64,000 nt of DNA from Gemmatimonadota bacterium (lineage in GTDB: Bacteria > Gemmatimonadota > Gemmatimonadetes > Gemmatimonadales > Gemmatimonadaceae). Positions 19,996 through 29,716 of this stretch are shown one piece after another. Position 1 is the stretch's first letter; each line of letters opens with the position of its first letter. The stretch lies in assembly GCA_040389905.1 (NCBI GenBank), contig JAZJZK010000023.1, positions 1 to 64,000 on the forward strand, written 5' to 3'. The notes under the pieces are model-generated. The model was not told the origin of the DNA, did no database searches, and saw only the letters and a program-made list of their open reading frames with translations. A program made the translations under genes and the position numbers.

Positions 19996-20373
19996 CTAGT
20001 CCCTAGCTCCTGATCGAGAGACCCACGCCTCTGCCTCCGCATAGTCGCGAAAGACCCTTACCTGTTGGCCGGCGAGCTCTGCATAGGAGGCGAACATTCT
20101 CGCGAGTCCGAACTGCACAGGCTGGGACACGACCAGTGCTCGTCGCGACGCGGAGGCGAAGACCGGAAGTTCTGCCGTGATCTCGATCTCGCGGTTCTCG
20201 ACGTCAAAGCGCTCGACGCCACGCAAGTCGCCGATTTGACACAGATCCGGATCGAAGGCCGGATCGCGACGCAGTCGCTGATAATGCTCCAGCAACTCCG
20301 TTCCCGTGAACACGCCCCACGCGCGGCAGACAACGACGCCTCGGTCGGCGTCGATGGCGAATGATTCAGGCGT
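19996..20373 (-). CDS. Small hypothetical protein (STAS/SpoIIAA-like); apparent start codon is ACG
   Basis: Frame reads (T/M)PESFAIDADRGVVVCRAWGVFTG...FDPDLCQIGDLR...RRALVV...FGLARMF; GGAGGAG lies 6 nt upstream of ACG at 20373. Confidence 0.6.
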   Translation of the reverse strand, partial: TPESFAIDADRGVVVCRAWGVFTGTELLEHYQRLRRDPAFDPDLCQIGDLRGVERFDVENREIEITAELPVFASASRRALVVSQPVQFGLARMFASYAELAGQQVRVFRDYAEAEAWVSRSGARD

Positions 20374-20415
20374 ACGAAACTCCTCCGTGATTCTTCTCGG
20401 CGCGCACCCGCCGAG

Positions 20416-21663
20416 TCACACTTTCAGGATGATGTTCCGCTTGTACAGATAATACAGGATCCCATACCAAAACAGCACGAAGCAGATCGCGAAGGCAAGC
20501 GACGCATTGATCGGCGAGAGCCACGGCGTGAACAGCGTCTGATAAATGCCCGCCTCGAGCGAGATGCGTTTGCCGTCCTTCGTCACCTTGAAGATCGAGT
20601 AGATGCATCGCGCCATGACGCCAGAGCCGCAGAACGCGATCATCGGATTCTGGCCATAGACGACGAAGAACTTCGTCCATCCGCCGCGCACTTTCTGGAA
20701 ATCGACGAGCCACATGATCGTGGCGAGCGCAACGCAGGCCAGCCCGGCGGTGAAGAGCACGTACGAGCTGGTCCAGAGGCTCTTGTTGATGGGGAATACC
20801 CAGTGCCACATCGTCGCCAGCATCATCGCGATCGCACCGGCTGAAGCGAGGCCGGCGAGGCGCTCGCTCAATGGACGGCGATCACCGATCCACCGGCCTG
20901 CGAGGTTGCCGAGCATCGCCGTCGCGATAGCCGGCACGGTGGAGAGAAAGCCTTCGGGGTCCCACGTTTTGCCGCCCACCCACAAGTGGTTTCCGAGCCC
21001 GAAGCGCGTCCAATCGAAAACCGTCCGATCCGTCCACGCCGCCATCGTGCGCTCAGGAAAATCGAGAAGCAATGCGCCGATCGTCCCCTCGCCTGGCACG
21101 GGCAAAACCGTCATCACGAACCAGTATCCGAAGAGGAGGCCGGTGATGATATAGATCTGCTGGCGAAGCGTTGTCTTCTGCGTGAGGAGTGCGGCGCACA
21201 TATACGCGATCCCGATGCGCTGCAGTACCCCGGTGATTCGCCACGTGAGCAGGCGTTCGATGATGCGCTGAAAGAACGTCGGATCGGCGACGCCGGTGAT
21301 GTCGCCCCACGCGAAGTACGGGAAGCCGTTGACCAGGAACCCGAAGAGGAAGATCAACGCACCGCGCCGGATGATCTGTGCGCGAATGGCGCGTTCGTCG
21401 TCGCCCCGCGATCGCCGTACCGAGAGGGATAGATGCGTGGTGATGCCGGCGATGAACAGGAAAAACGGAAAGATGAGATCCGTTGGCGTCCAGCCGTTCC
21501 ACGGCGCGTGCTCGAGCGGTGGATAGATATGCGCCCACGTGCCCGGATTGTTCACGAGCAACATGCCGGCCACCGTCATGCCTCGAAAAACATCGAGCGA
21601 GAGCAGCCGTTCGCGCGGAGCGCCTTTCGGCACGTCGGTGTTGCCGGCAAACTTGTCGGTCAT
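20416..21663 (-). CDS. Heparan-alpha-glucosaminide N-acetyltransferase-like (NagX / DUF5009) membrane protein
   Basis: RLLSLDVFRG, LVNNPG, HAPWNGWTPTDLIFPFFLF, GVLQRI, DPEG, PINKSLWTSSY. Confidence 0.88.
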   Translation of the reverse strand: MTDKFAGNTDVPKGAPRERLLSLDVFRGMTVAGMLLVNNPGTWAHIYPPLEHAPWNGWTPTDLIFPFFLFIAGITTHLSLSVRRSRGDDERAIRAQIIRRGALIFLFGFLVNGFPYFAWGDITGVADPTFFQRIIERLLTWRITGVLQRIGIAYMCAALLTQKTTLRQQIYIITGLLFGYWFVMTVLPVPGEGTIGALLLDFPERTMAAWTDRTVFDWTRFGLGNHLWVGGKTWDPEGFLSTVPAIATAMLGNLAGRWIGDRRPLSERLAGLASAGAIAMMLATMWHWVFPINKSLWTSSYVLFTAGLACVALATIMWLVDFQKVRGGWTKFFVVYGQNPMIAFCGSGVMARCIYSIFKVTKDGKRISLEAGIYQTLFTPWLSPINASLAFAICFVLFWYGILYYLYKRNIILKV

Positions 21664-21878
21664 GCGCGGGATCGATGGCAGCGTGGCGGGCATACAGGTA
21701 AACAGAACGCGCACCGCGTGATTTGTCGAGTCTGGGCTTTCGGCGGGAGGCCGATCGGCACAGATTCCGCGGTACGGCGTTGTGGTTTGTGTCCGGAACT
21801 TCCGGGTGTGTCGCGCGGCTGAGTCCGCGCGTGTCAGATAGCAGGACCGTCAGACACCATGCAACAAGGGAGGTTCAT

Positions 21879-22367
21879 GTGCGGCATCAAATCGTGCGCG
21901 ATGGCATCGTCGCCGGCATTCTCGGCGCAACCGCCGTCGCGGTCTGGTTCCTCGGCGTCGACCTCGTGTATGCACAGGCGTTCGCGACGCCAACCGCACT
22001 CGGCCGCGGACTGTTGAGAGTGCTTGGCCCAGCTGGTTCGGAAGGACCGATGACGTTCGTCGTCGCGTACACGATCTTCCACTACGTCGCGTTCATCGCC
22101 GCAGGACTGCTGGTCTCGGTGATCGTCCATTGGGCGCAATCGCAGCCGACCGTGCTCGCCGGAGCCATGATGCTGTTCGTCGCGTTCGAGATCGGCTTCT
22201 ACGGTCTGAGCTCAGCGCTCTCCGAGTCACCATTTCTTGGCGCGCTCGGCTGGGCGCAGGTCGCGACGGGGAATCTCATCGCGGCTCTCGTGATGGGGAC
22301 GTACATGTGGCGCACGCATCCCGAACTCCAGCAGGAGCTTTCATATGCGCTCGGTGGGCGGGAGTGA
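21879..22367 (+). CDS. Hypothetical 4-TM membrane protein
   Basis: GTG at 21879 after a GGGAGG RBS; four hydrophobic helices. Confidence 0.7.
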   Translation: MRHQIVRDGIVAGILGATAVAVWFLGVDLVYAQAFATPTALGRGLLRVLGPAGSEGPMTFVVAYTIFHYVAFIAAGLLVSVIVHWAQSQPTVLAGAMMLFVAFEIGFYGLSSALSESPFLGALGWAQVATGNLIAALVMGTYMWRTHPELQQELSYALGGRE

Positions 22368-22410
22368 TCGTCACGGACGAAGTCTCTCGAACGGTGTGAC
22401 CTGAGAGGGG

Positions 22411-22511
22411 AGCGGATTTGACGGATGCGACGGATTCTTACCAGACTCGCGTTTACAGCCGAGTCGCGTAGTCGACCCGGCTTTTGATCGGTCGCATCCG
22501 TAGAATCCGCT
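22411..22511. repeat. 9-bp-periodic CGGAT inverted repeat
   Basis: agcggatttgacggatgcgacggat / atcggtcgcatccgtagaatccgct (22/25 complementary); single arms also near 2248-2274 and 31049-31065. Confidence 0.7.
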
Positions 22512-22664
22512 TCTCGGCAGGTGCCGTTCCTGCTGTGGGATCGCTGTCAGGGTTGCCCATAGCAGGCGTTTGGTGTATCCATGCTTGCATACATTGGTTG
22601 GCGCCTGTATGCTGGGCGGAGCGGTGAGCGGTCGGTTTGCGGCCCCTAGACTCCCAGAACTCTC

Positions 22665-24023
22665 ATGCAGCCCAGTTCAGTGGCGAAACGAGCGATCCTG
22701 ATTGGTGTCGCGGGCCTCTACCTCGGCGGAAGTCGAGCGCTCGCGCAACCCGCACGGGCGCCAACCGCATTGCGCGGCGTAGCCTACGACAGCCTGCGCG
22801 GACAAGCGTTAGCCGGTGCGTTCGTGACGATCCGAGGCGACACTCGGACCGCGACATCCGACGCGCAGGGACACTTCGCGTTCGATGGCATGACGCCCGG
22901 CGGATACGTACTTACACTCCAGCATGACGCACTCGATTCGATCGGACTGTCCGGCATCACCAGGCGTGTGGAACTAACTGCCGACGCGATGAGTGAGGTG
23001 CTGCTGTCGGTCCCCTCCTTTGCGACCATGTGGAAGGCGGCGTGCGCGGGCATGGCGCCGAGCGACAGCGGCCTGGTGTACGGGACGATTCGCGATGCCT
23101 CGAGTCGGAGTCCGGTGCCCTCCGCACAAGTCGCGCTGTCGTGGCTCAACCTGTCGGCCAGCAGCATCGCAGATATCCGGCAGCGACGGTGGCGATTCGA
23201 TGTGGCGTCGGACTCTGCGGGCGGTTTCACGTTCTGTGGAGTTCCAACGGACGCGTCGTTGCAACTGGACGCTCGTGCTGAGAGTCAGACGAGCGGACTG
23301 CTGACGCTTCGGCCCGGCCGACTGCGCGTCCATCGCGTGGATCTCCTGCTGGGCAAGAACGCGTCAGTCGCCGGAGCGCGTGGGATGATCGTCGGCAGAG
23401 TCACCAATCAGGCGGGCGCTCCATTGCGCGATGCGCGCGTCGTGACGGGTGAGATGCCGGAAGTGCGCAGCGGTCAGCAGGGCGAGTTCACAATTCGCAA
23501 TGTCCCGACTGGCACGCAGCAGGTTGAGGTGCTCGCCCTTGGTATGTTGCCGGTTGTCACGCTGGTGGACGTAATGGAAGCCGATACCGTCGTCGTTAAC
23601 GCGCGGTTGCAGCGAGTCACGACGCTCGAGGGCGTGAACGTGACGGCGCTGTCACCGCGCGCGCGGATCGTCTCGTCATTCGAGGAGCGCCGTCAACTCG
23701 GGTTGGGGCGCTTTCAGGATTCAACGACCATCCGAGCGCACGGGACCCTGTCGAGCGTCTTTCAGGAATTCCTTGGCATCAGGGTCCAGTACACACGCAA
23801 AAGCGCATCTCCACAGTACAAACTCCTGGGCGGAAGCTGCACCGTAAATCTCTTTATCGATCGCGTTCGCGTGACGGACCACGCAGAATTGAGCTTCCTG
23901 CGGCCAGACGAAATTGCGGCGGTGGAAGTCTATGCGCGTGCCAGCACGGTGCCCGTCGAGTATCAAACTACGGGTCAACCGTGTGGGGCAGTCGCGGTGT
24001 GGACGAAGCGGTTCTTTCCCTGA
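22665..24023 (+). CDS. Exported protein with carboxypeptidase-regulatory-like domains and a C-terminal plug-like domain
   Basis: Signal peptide; repeated GxVxD...G.F beta-sandwich motifs; C-terminal PDEIAAVEVY...PVEY...CGAVAVWTK. Confidence 0.75.
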   Translation: MQPSSVAKRAILIGVAGLYLGGSRALAQPARAPTALRGVAYDSLRGQALAGAFVTIRGDTRTATSDAQGHFAFDGMTPGGYVLTLQHDALDSIGLSGITRRVELTADAMSEVLLSVPSFATMWKAACAGMAPSDSGLVYGTIRDASSRSPVPSAQVALSWLNLSASSIADIRQRRWRFDVASDSAGGFTFCGVPTDASLQLDARAESQTSGLLTLRPGRLRVHRVDLLLGKNASVAGARGMIVGRVTNQAGAPLRDARVVTGEMPEVRSGQQGEFTIRNVPTGTQQVEVLALGMLPVVTLVDVMEADTVVVNARLQRVTTLEGVNVTALSPRARIVSSFEERRQLGLGRFQDSTTIRAHGTLSSVFQEFLGIRVQYTRKSASPQYKLLGGSCTVNLFIDRVRVTDHAELSFLRPDEIAAVEVYARASTVPVEYQTTGQPCGAVAVWTKRFFP

Positions 24024-24054
24024 GCAACTGACGTACTCGGTACCGAGTACAACC

Positions 24055-24257
24055 ACTGACGTACGAAGTACCCGGAACCGTGTACCCGGACTGGCATCCA
24101 ACCCAAGAGGAGCCATCGACACAGAAGATGACATCGACCCAACGCCAAACGCCGTCCCGAGGTTTGAGGACGGCGTTATTCGTGATGGTGCTTTCCATGG
24201 CTCTTCTTGGCCAGTATGCAAGTCAGGGTACGTGGTACAGAGTACCTGTACGTCAGT
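24055..24257. mobile_element. Putative MITE-like / long-hairpin element, copy 2 (203 bp)
   Basis: About 60-bp imperfect terminal inverted repeats (actgacgtac...agccat / atggctc...gtacgtcagt); internal hairpin aacgccgtcc/ggacggcgtt; an extra actgacgtac fragment at 24027-24036. Confidence 0.6.
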
Positions 24258-24275
24258 CCGTAGTTCGAGAGGGCA

Positions 24276-25160
24276 TCAGCGCCGAGCCACTACCCAATCG
24301 ACTTGCGCTCCTGCCTGGTGATCTTCCCCACCCTGCGCCTGCCACCGGAAGAACACCACGCTGATGATCGCGAAGAAGAACAGTCCGCCGGGCACCCACA
24401 TGATGAGCGCGCCGAGTAGCTGATCCTGCATTGGCGAAATGCTCCAGATGCGCGGGGCGCTGGAGTACGCCGGATAGAGGATGTGATCGGAGTACCCAAT
24501 GCAGATCGCGATGAGCGACATCGGGAGCGTGAGCAGGAACAGATAGAGCATCTGCAACGGGTACGAGAGCCGCGGAAGTTCCGGCAGAGGGCTCAGGACG
24601 GGCCACCACATGAGCGTCGCCGCGACCATGAAGCACAGGTGCTGCGTGATGTGCACGTTGTGATGCTGCATGGCGAACTCGTACATCGGCGGCAGGTGCC
24701 AGATCGCGAGCACGAAGCTGAAAATGAGGAAGCAGCGCGTGGGCTTCGTCAACCAGCGCGCCGCCGGTCCGACGACTTTCCAATCGAGCGTCGGCCGCAG
24801 CATCCAGCCCGGCGTTGCCATGATCAACATCGGCGGCACGACGAGCGTCAGCACCAGGTGCTGCACCATGTGTGCGCTGAACAGGTACGTATCGCTGAGG
24901 TCGTGCAGCCACCCGTTCAGCGAGAAGAAGATCAGCGCGAGGGCGCTGAAGAAACAGAGTCGCTGCCTGAATGTCGGGCTTGTTTTGTCGCCCTGCGCGG
25001 AGCGAAGGGCCCGCACCTCGGCCCCGGGCGCGCCAAGGGCGCGCCAGTGATACAGCGCGCCCAGAGCCACCAGCCCGATCACCGTGCTCGGATGCACGGT
25101 GAATTCCGACCATCCGATGCGCGCTACCGGATGCAGCAGCAGCGCCACCGGAGGGTGCAT
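24276..25160 (-). CDS. ctaG: Cytochrome c oxidase caa3 assembly factor
   Basis: YLFSAHMVQH, WHLP, HITQH, WWPV, DQLLGALIMWVPG; last gene of the oxidase operon. Confidence 0.88.
   Translation of the reverse strand: MHPPVALLLHPVARIGWSEFTVHPSTVIGLVALGALYHWRALGAPGAEVRALRSAQGDKTSPTFRQRLCFFSALALIFFSLNGWLHDLSDTYLFSAHMVQHLVLTLVVPPMLIMATPGWMLRPTLDWKVVGPAARWLTKPTRCFLIFSFVLAIWHLPPMYEFAMQHHNVHITQHLCFMVAATLMWWPVLSPLPELPRLSYPLQMLYLFLLTLPMSLIAICIGYSDHILYPAYSSAPRIWSISPMQDQLLGALIMWVPGGLFFFAIISVVFFRWQAQGGEDHQAGAQVDWVVARR
24982..25016. repeat. REP-like element family B half-copy in frame inside ctaG
   Basis: gttttgtcgccctgcgcggagcgaagggcccgcac, 32/35 identical to 54177-54211; encodes VRALRSAQGDKT. Confidence 0.8.
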
Positions 25161-25513
25161 TATTTCACGAGCGAGAGCTTACCGAACAGAAACATCAGGC
25201 CGATCATCGTGAATCCTGCAATGATGAGCGGCCCTGTGAACAGCGCACGGAACAGCTTGTGATCGTACCTGAGGTGCATGTAGAAGAGCACCACCGTGAC
25301 GAACTTCACCGCCGACATCGTCAGGAGCATCGGGACGAAGGCGCGCGAGTCGCGAATGGCGGGGACGTAATAGATCCACACCTCCACGACGGTGATGAGG
25401 GTGAGCACCACCGCGACCTTCCAGTACGTCGACCAGGTCGGATGTTCGTGCTCGATCCCCATCGCGGCGTGATCGACGTGGGCGACCTCCGAATCGTGCG
25501 AATCATGTGACAT
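25160..25513 (-). CDS. ctaF: Cytochrome c oxidase subunit IV
   Basis: YWKVAVVLTLITVVE, KFVTVVLFYMHLRYD; three TM helices; operon position. Confidence 0.85.
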   Translation of the reverse strand: MSHDSHDSEVAHVDHAAMGIEHEHPTWSTYWKVAVVLTLITVVEVWIYYVPAIRDSRAFVPMLLTMSAVKFVTVVLFYMHLRYDHKLFRALFTGPLIIAGFTMIGLMFLFGKLSLVK

Positions 25514-25522
25514 GGGGTAGCC

Positions 25523-26212
25523 CTACTTGATCAGGTAGACGAGCGTGAAGATCACGATCCAGACGACGTCAACGAAGTGCCAGTACAGCGCGGCAAGATC
25601 GACGTTGAGCGCATCCTTGGGTCGCAGCCCTCGGCGATAATCGATAGCGAGCAGAGTCAGCAGCCAGATCACACCAGCGGTGACGTGCGCGCCGTGGAAT
25701 CCGGTGAGCGTGAAGAACGACGAGCCGAACAGGTTCGTGCGGATGGTCAAGCCTTCGTGCACGAACGACGTGAACTCGAACGCCTGGAAACCGAGGAATG
25801 TCGTGCCCAGAATGGCAGTCATCCACAACCAGAGCTTCGACGACCGCAGCAGCTTGTCGCCGAAGGTCGTTGGTGCTGGATTGTCCTTCATTTCCACTGC
25901 GGCGAGCGCGAGCACCATGGCGAGCGACGACATGAGCAGCACGAACGTCGACGCGGACGTGACGGGAATGTTGAGGATCGCCTTGAGCGGCGTGCTGCAA
26001 TGGGGCGGCAGACACGCTTCGTGCGGATACGGGCCGACGATGCTCCGGCCCTTGTAGATCAGGTACGTGGAAATGAGCGACGCGAAGAGCATGCACTCGG
26101 AGCCGATGAAGGCCCAGATGGCGATCTTCTTGTTGTCGAGACCCGTCGAGGTGGGCGGATGCCCACCATGCGAGTCGTCGTGCGCGCTGTGGATGGCGGC
26201 GGCCTGTGACAT
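25523..26212 (-). CDS. ctaE: Cytochrome c oxidase subunit III (short form)
   Basis: WAFIGSECMLF, LLMSS, FFTLTGFHGAHV, YWHFVDVVW. Confidence 0.93.
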   Translation of the reverse strand: MSQAAAIHSAHDDSHGGHPPTSTGLDNKKIAIWAFIGSECMLFASLISTYLIYKGRSIVGPYPHEACLPPHCSTPLKAILNIPVTSASTFVLLMSSLAMVLALAAVEMKDNPAPTTFGDKLLRSSKLWLWMTAILGTTFLGFQAFEFTSFVHEGLTIRTNLFGSSFFTLTGFHGAHVTAGVIWLLTLLAIDYRRGLRPKDALNVDLAALYWHFVDVVWIVIFTLVYLIK

Positions 26213-28207
26213 TTAGTGTGCGTCCTCGAGCGGCGTCAGCAGCCACGCGTAGAGTGAAACCACCAACAAACCCGCGCCGCCGATGATGATGGTGAGCGCG
26301 AGCGGCATGTTGTTCTCATGGATGAACAGCAGGCCGGTGAACATGATGATCATCGCCGCCGCGGCGATGAGTGGCTTGATCGTGGGATTCGGCATCGGGA
26401 TGTGCAGATCCTTCGCCGTGAGTCCCGTCGCCTGCTCGATGTGCATGCCGGATTCCGCCGCCTGCTTCGGCACGTTGCCGAGCGGGTTCGGGTGTCCCGC
26501 GCCGGCGTGCACCGAGGCGACGTCGACATCCAGACGCTTGTCGCCATTCGCCGTGTGCGGCACTTCTGCCGTGAGCGCCGGGCTCTTCATGTCCCACATC
26601 GGATAGCGCGACGTCACACGCGGAATGCGCGCGAAGTTGTACTCCGGTGGCGGAGACGGAATCGACCACTCGAGCGTGCCGGCGCCCCACGGATCGTTGC
26701 CGGCGCGAGCGCCCGCCTTGAAGCTGCGGAAGAAGTTGATCACGAAGAGCAGCACACCGACCATCAGGATCGCGGTGCCCACGGTGCTCATCATGTTGAA
26801 CGTGTCCCAGCCCTGGTTCGCGTCGTAGGTGTAGATGCGGCGCGGCATGCCCAGCAGTCCCGAGAAGTGCATCGGGAAGAAGGTCAGGTTCATGCCGATG
26901 AACGTCGTCCAGAAATTCCAGGTGCCGAGCGACTCGCTCATCAGGCGGCCGGTGATCTTCGGATAGTAGAAGTAGATACCGCCGAAGATGCCCATCATCG
27001 ACCCACCGAACAGCACGTAGTGGAAGTGCGCGACGATGAAGTACGTGTCCGTCTGCTGAAGATCGGCCGGCGGCGACGCGTGCATGACGCCAGAGATACC
27101 GCCGATCGTGAACAATCCAACGAGTCCGATGGCGAACTTCATCGCCGTGGAGAACTGGATCGATCCGCCCCACATCGTAAAGATCCAGTTGAAGATCTTC
27201 ACACCCGTCGGGATGGCGATCAGCAGCGTCGTGACGCCGAACACCGTGTCGCCGATGGGACCCATGCCGACCGCGAACATGTGGTGCGCCCACACGCCGA
27301 AGCCGAGGAAGGCGATGAGCATGGTGGCGTACACCATGACCGGGTATCCGAAGATGGGCTTCCGCGAGAAGGCGGGAATGATCTCGGACGTCAGGCCGAA
27401 CGCCGGCAGAATGAGGATGTACACCTCGGGGTGTCCGAACACCCAGAAGAGATGCTGCCAGAGTAGCGGGTCAGCGCCGGCGGCGACGGTGTAGAAGTTC
27501 GTACCGAAGAAGCGGTCGAACTGGAGGAACACGAGCGCGATCGTGATGACCGGGAAGGCCAGCACGAGCAGGAACTGCACGACGAACGCATTCCACGTGA
27601 ACATCGGCATGCGCATCAGGTTCATGCCTGGTGCGCGCATGTTGATGATCGTCGTGATGAAGTTGAACGCCGCCGCGAGCGAACTGACACCGAGGATCTG
27701 GAGACCGATGACCCAGAAGTCGATGTTGAGGCCCGACGAGTATGCCATCGTCGTCAGCGGGGCATAACCGAACCAGCCGCCATTCGGCGCGGCGCCCACG
27801 AACCACGACGCATTCATGAAGATCGCGCCGAACAGGTAGACCCAGTAGCTGAACGCGTTGAGTCGCGGGAAGGCGACGTCACGCGCGCCGATCTGGAGCG
27901 GGATGAGATAGTTGAAGAATGCGGCCGAGAGGGGCATGACCGCGAGGAAGATCATCGTCGTGCCGTGCATCGTGAACAGCTGGTTGAACATCTCCGCTGA
28001 TACGACGTGCTTGTTCGGACCCATCAACTGCCAGCGCATCAGCGCTGCTTCGAGTCCGCCAACGATGAAGAAGAACAGTGCCGTGTACAGATAGAGCGCG
28101 CCGATCCGCTTGTGATCGACCGTCGTGAGCCAGCTCCAGACGCCGCTCTCACCGACGTAGCTCTCCGTCGTCGGCGCGAGGGCCGGTGCGGTAGCCGTGG
28201 TTGCCAT
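26213..28207 (-). CDS. ctaD: Cytochrome c oxidase subunit I (A1 type)
   Basis: TVDHKRIG, TMHGTTM, FGHPEVY, WAHHMF, AHFHY, GMPRR; C-terminal extension with two extra TM helices. Confidence 0.97.
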   Translation of the reverse strand: MATTATAPALAPTTESYVGESGVWSWLTTVDHKRIGALYLYTALFFFIVGGLEAALMRWQLMGPNKHVVSAEMFNQLFTMHGTTMIFLAVMPLSAAFFNYLIPLQIGARDVAFPRLNAFSYWVYLFGAIFMNASWFVGAAPNGGWFGYAPLTTMAYSSGLNIDFWVIGLQILGVSSLAAAFNFITTIINMRAPGMNLMRMPMFTWNAFVVQFLLVLAFPVITIALVFLQFDRFFGTNFYTVAAGADPLLWQHLFWVFGHPEVYILILPAFGLTSEIIPAFSRKPIFGYPVMVYATMLIAFLGFGVWAHHMFAVGMGPIGDTVFGVTTLLIAIPTGVKIFNWIFTMWGGSIQFSTAMKFAIGLVGLFTIGGISGVMHASPPADLQQTDTYFIVAHFHYVLFGGSMMGIFGGIYFYYPKITGRLMSESLGTWNFWTTFIGMNLTFFPMHFSGLLGMPRRIYTYDANQGWDTFNMMSTVGTAILMVGVLLFVINFFRSFKAGARAGNDPWGAGTLEWSIPSPPPEYNFARIPRVTSRYPMWDMKSPALTAEVPHTANGDKRLDVDVASVHAGAGHPNPLGNVPKQAAESGMHIEQATGLTAKDLHIPMPNPTIKPLIAAAAMIIMFTGLLFIHENNMPLALTIIIGGAGLLVVSLYAWLLTPLEDAH

Positions 28208-28233
28208 TATATCCGATTCTCCGGTGTCGGCGG

Positions 28234-29493
28234 TTACTTGAGCGCCTGAAGGTAGGCCACGATATCAGCGATCTGCTGGTCGTTGAGGCCTGTCTTCGGG
28301 ATGTTCTGCTTCGTGATAGGATCATACTGGCCAGCGCCGAGCGTGATCATGTTCACACCCGGCTTCATGTGCCGCGCATTCTTGATCCATCGCGAGAGAT
28401 GCTTCGTGTCGTTCGGATAGATGCCGCCAGCAATGGTCGAGCGGGAGCCGATGTGCGTGAGGTTCGGTCCCATCGTCGCCATCATGACCGGGTTGCCGCT
28501 GATCGTGTGACAACCGGCGCACCCGCCGCCCATCTTCGAGACAAACTCGAGTCCGCGCTGCGCATCACCCTTGAGATTGTCGTCGAAGTCGAGGCCTTCC
28601 GGCAACGGCGTCTGCGGCATGACGTGATTCGGAATCTTGTCATGCGGGAAGGTGAAGCCCGCGAGCTGGACCGGCGCAGCTGCCGGTGGTGCAGCCGGTG
28701 CGGCCGCCGCGCCCACTGGCGCTGGCGCCGCCGCGGCGGGAGGAGCTACGGCGCCGAACGCTGCCGGCGACGCCTGATGCTTGGCCCACTGCTCGAAGTT
28801 GTCCTTCGACACGGTGAACACCTTGAAGTGCATGTTCGCGTGCGACGAGCCGCAGTACTCGGCGCAGAAGCCGTTCATTGCCGATTCGCCGATGGAGTCC
28901 GGCGTGAACCAGAGATAGTTGGTCCGGTTCGCCATCAGGTCGCGCTTTCCTGCCAAGTGCGGAATGGAGAACGAGTGGATGACGTCGACCGATGTGAGCG
29001 TGAAGCTCACCTTGCGACCGACCGGCAGATACAACTCGTTGGCCGTGGTGATCTTGTATTCCGGGTAGCGGAATTCCCACCACCACTGGTGACCGATCAC
29101 CTCGACACGCAGTGCGTCGGCACTCGCGGTTGCCTGTGACTTGAAGATCGTGTGAACGGTCGGCACGGCGATGAACGCGAGGATCAGCGCCGGAATTGCC
29201 GTCCAGAGTATTTCGAGTGTGGTGTTGCCGTGGACGTGTTCGGGACGGTCATTCTCGCTCCGTCGCCGATAGCGAACGATCGTGTAGATGAGAATGCCTT
29301 CGACGAAGACGAAGACGGCCCCTCCGAGCCAGAACAGGACTTCGAAGAGGTAGCCGACGTCGCGGTTGTTCTCCGTCGTGCGTGTGAAGACGGAGTTCGG
29401 GTACTGTTCGCTCGAGCAGGCAGCGAGTGCAACCGCGATGAGGGCCGGCAGCGCAGCGGCGAGCAGCCGGCGCGGTCGGGTGGGAAAGGGCAT
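28234..29493 (-). CDS. ctaC: Cytochrome c oxidase subunit II with fused cytochrome c (caa3 type), lipoprotein
   Basis: Lipobox LAAC, HQWWW, DVIHSF, CuA motif CAEYCGSSHANM, heme motif CAGCH. Confidence 0.95.
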   Translation of the reverse strand: MPFPTRPRRLLAAALPALIAVALAACSSEQYPNSVFTRTTENNRDVGYLFEVLFWLGGAVFVFVEGILIYTIVRYRRRSENDRPEHVHGNTTLEILWTAIPALILAFIAVPTVHTIFKSQATASADALRVEVIGHQWWWEFRYPEYKITTANELYLPVGRKVSFTLTSVDVIHSFSIPHLAGKRDLMANRTNYLWFTPDSIGESAMNGFCAEYCGSSHANMHFKVFTVSKDNFEQWAKHQASPAAFGAVAPPAAAAPAPVGAAAAPAAPPAAAPVQLAGFTFPHDKIPNHVMPQTPLPEGLDFDDNLKGDAQRGLEFVSKMGGGCAGCHTISGNPVMMATMGPNLTHIGSRSTIAGGIYPNDTKHLSRWIKNARHMKPGVNMITLGAGQYDPITKQNIPKTGLNDQQIADIVAYLQALK

Positions 29494-29716
29494 GCGATGT
29501 CCTTGTTCCGACAGTGTCGTGAGATGGCGCGCGATGCACCGTGTCGTCGCGCTCTGAAGAGTGCTTCAGTGCGGGAAAAGTACCGGGCACGGAAGGCGAA
29601 AGCAACGTAAATGCGCGCCTCTCCAGCGGTTGTAGGACTTTCCCCCACAGGCCTGTGCCTCATTCCGTCGTGCGCCGAACACGCGTTGCCCCGAACACCG
29701 TCAGGCGTCCAATGAC

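Noticed and set aside
22555..22617. Imperfect hairpin as an ncRNA
   Set aside because: Single copy, many mismatches and no recognisable family motif.
26213..26700. C-terminal extension of oxidase subunit I as a novelty
   Set aside because: Extra TM helices on subunit I with a short subunit III is the known caa3-type arrangement.
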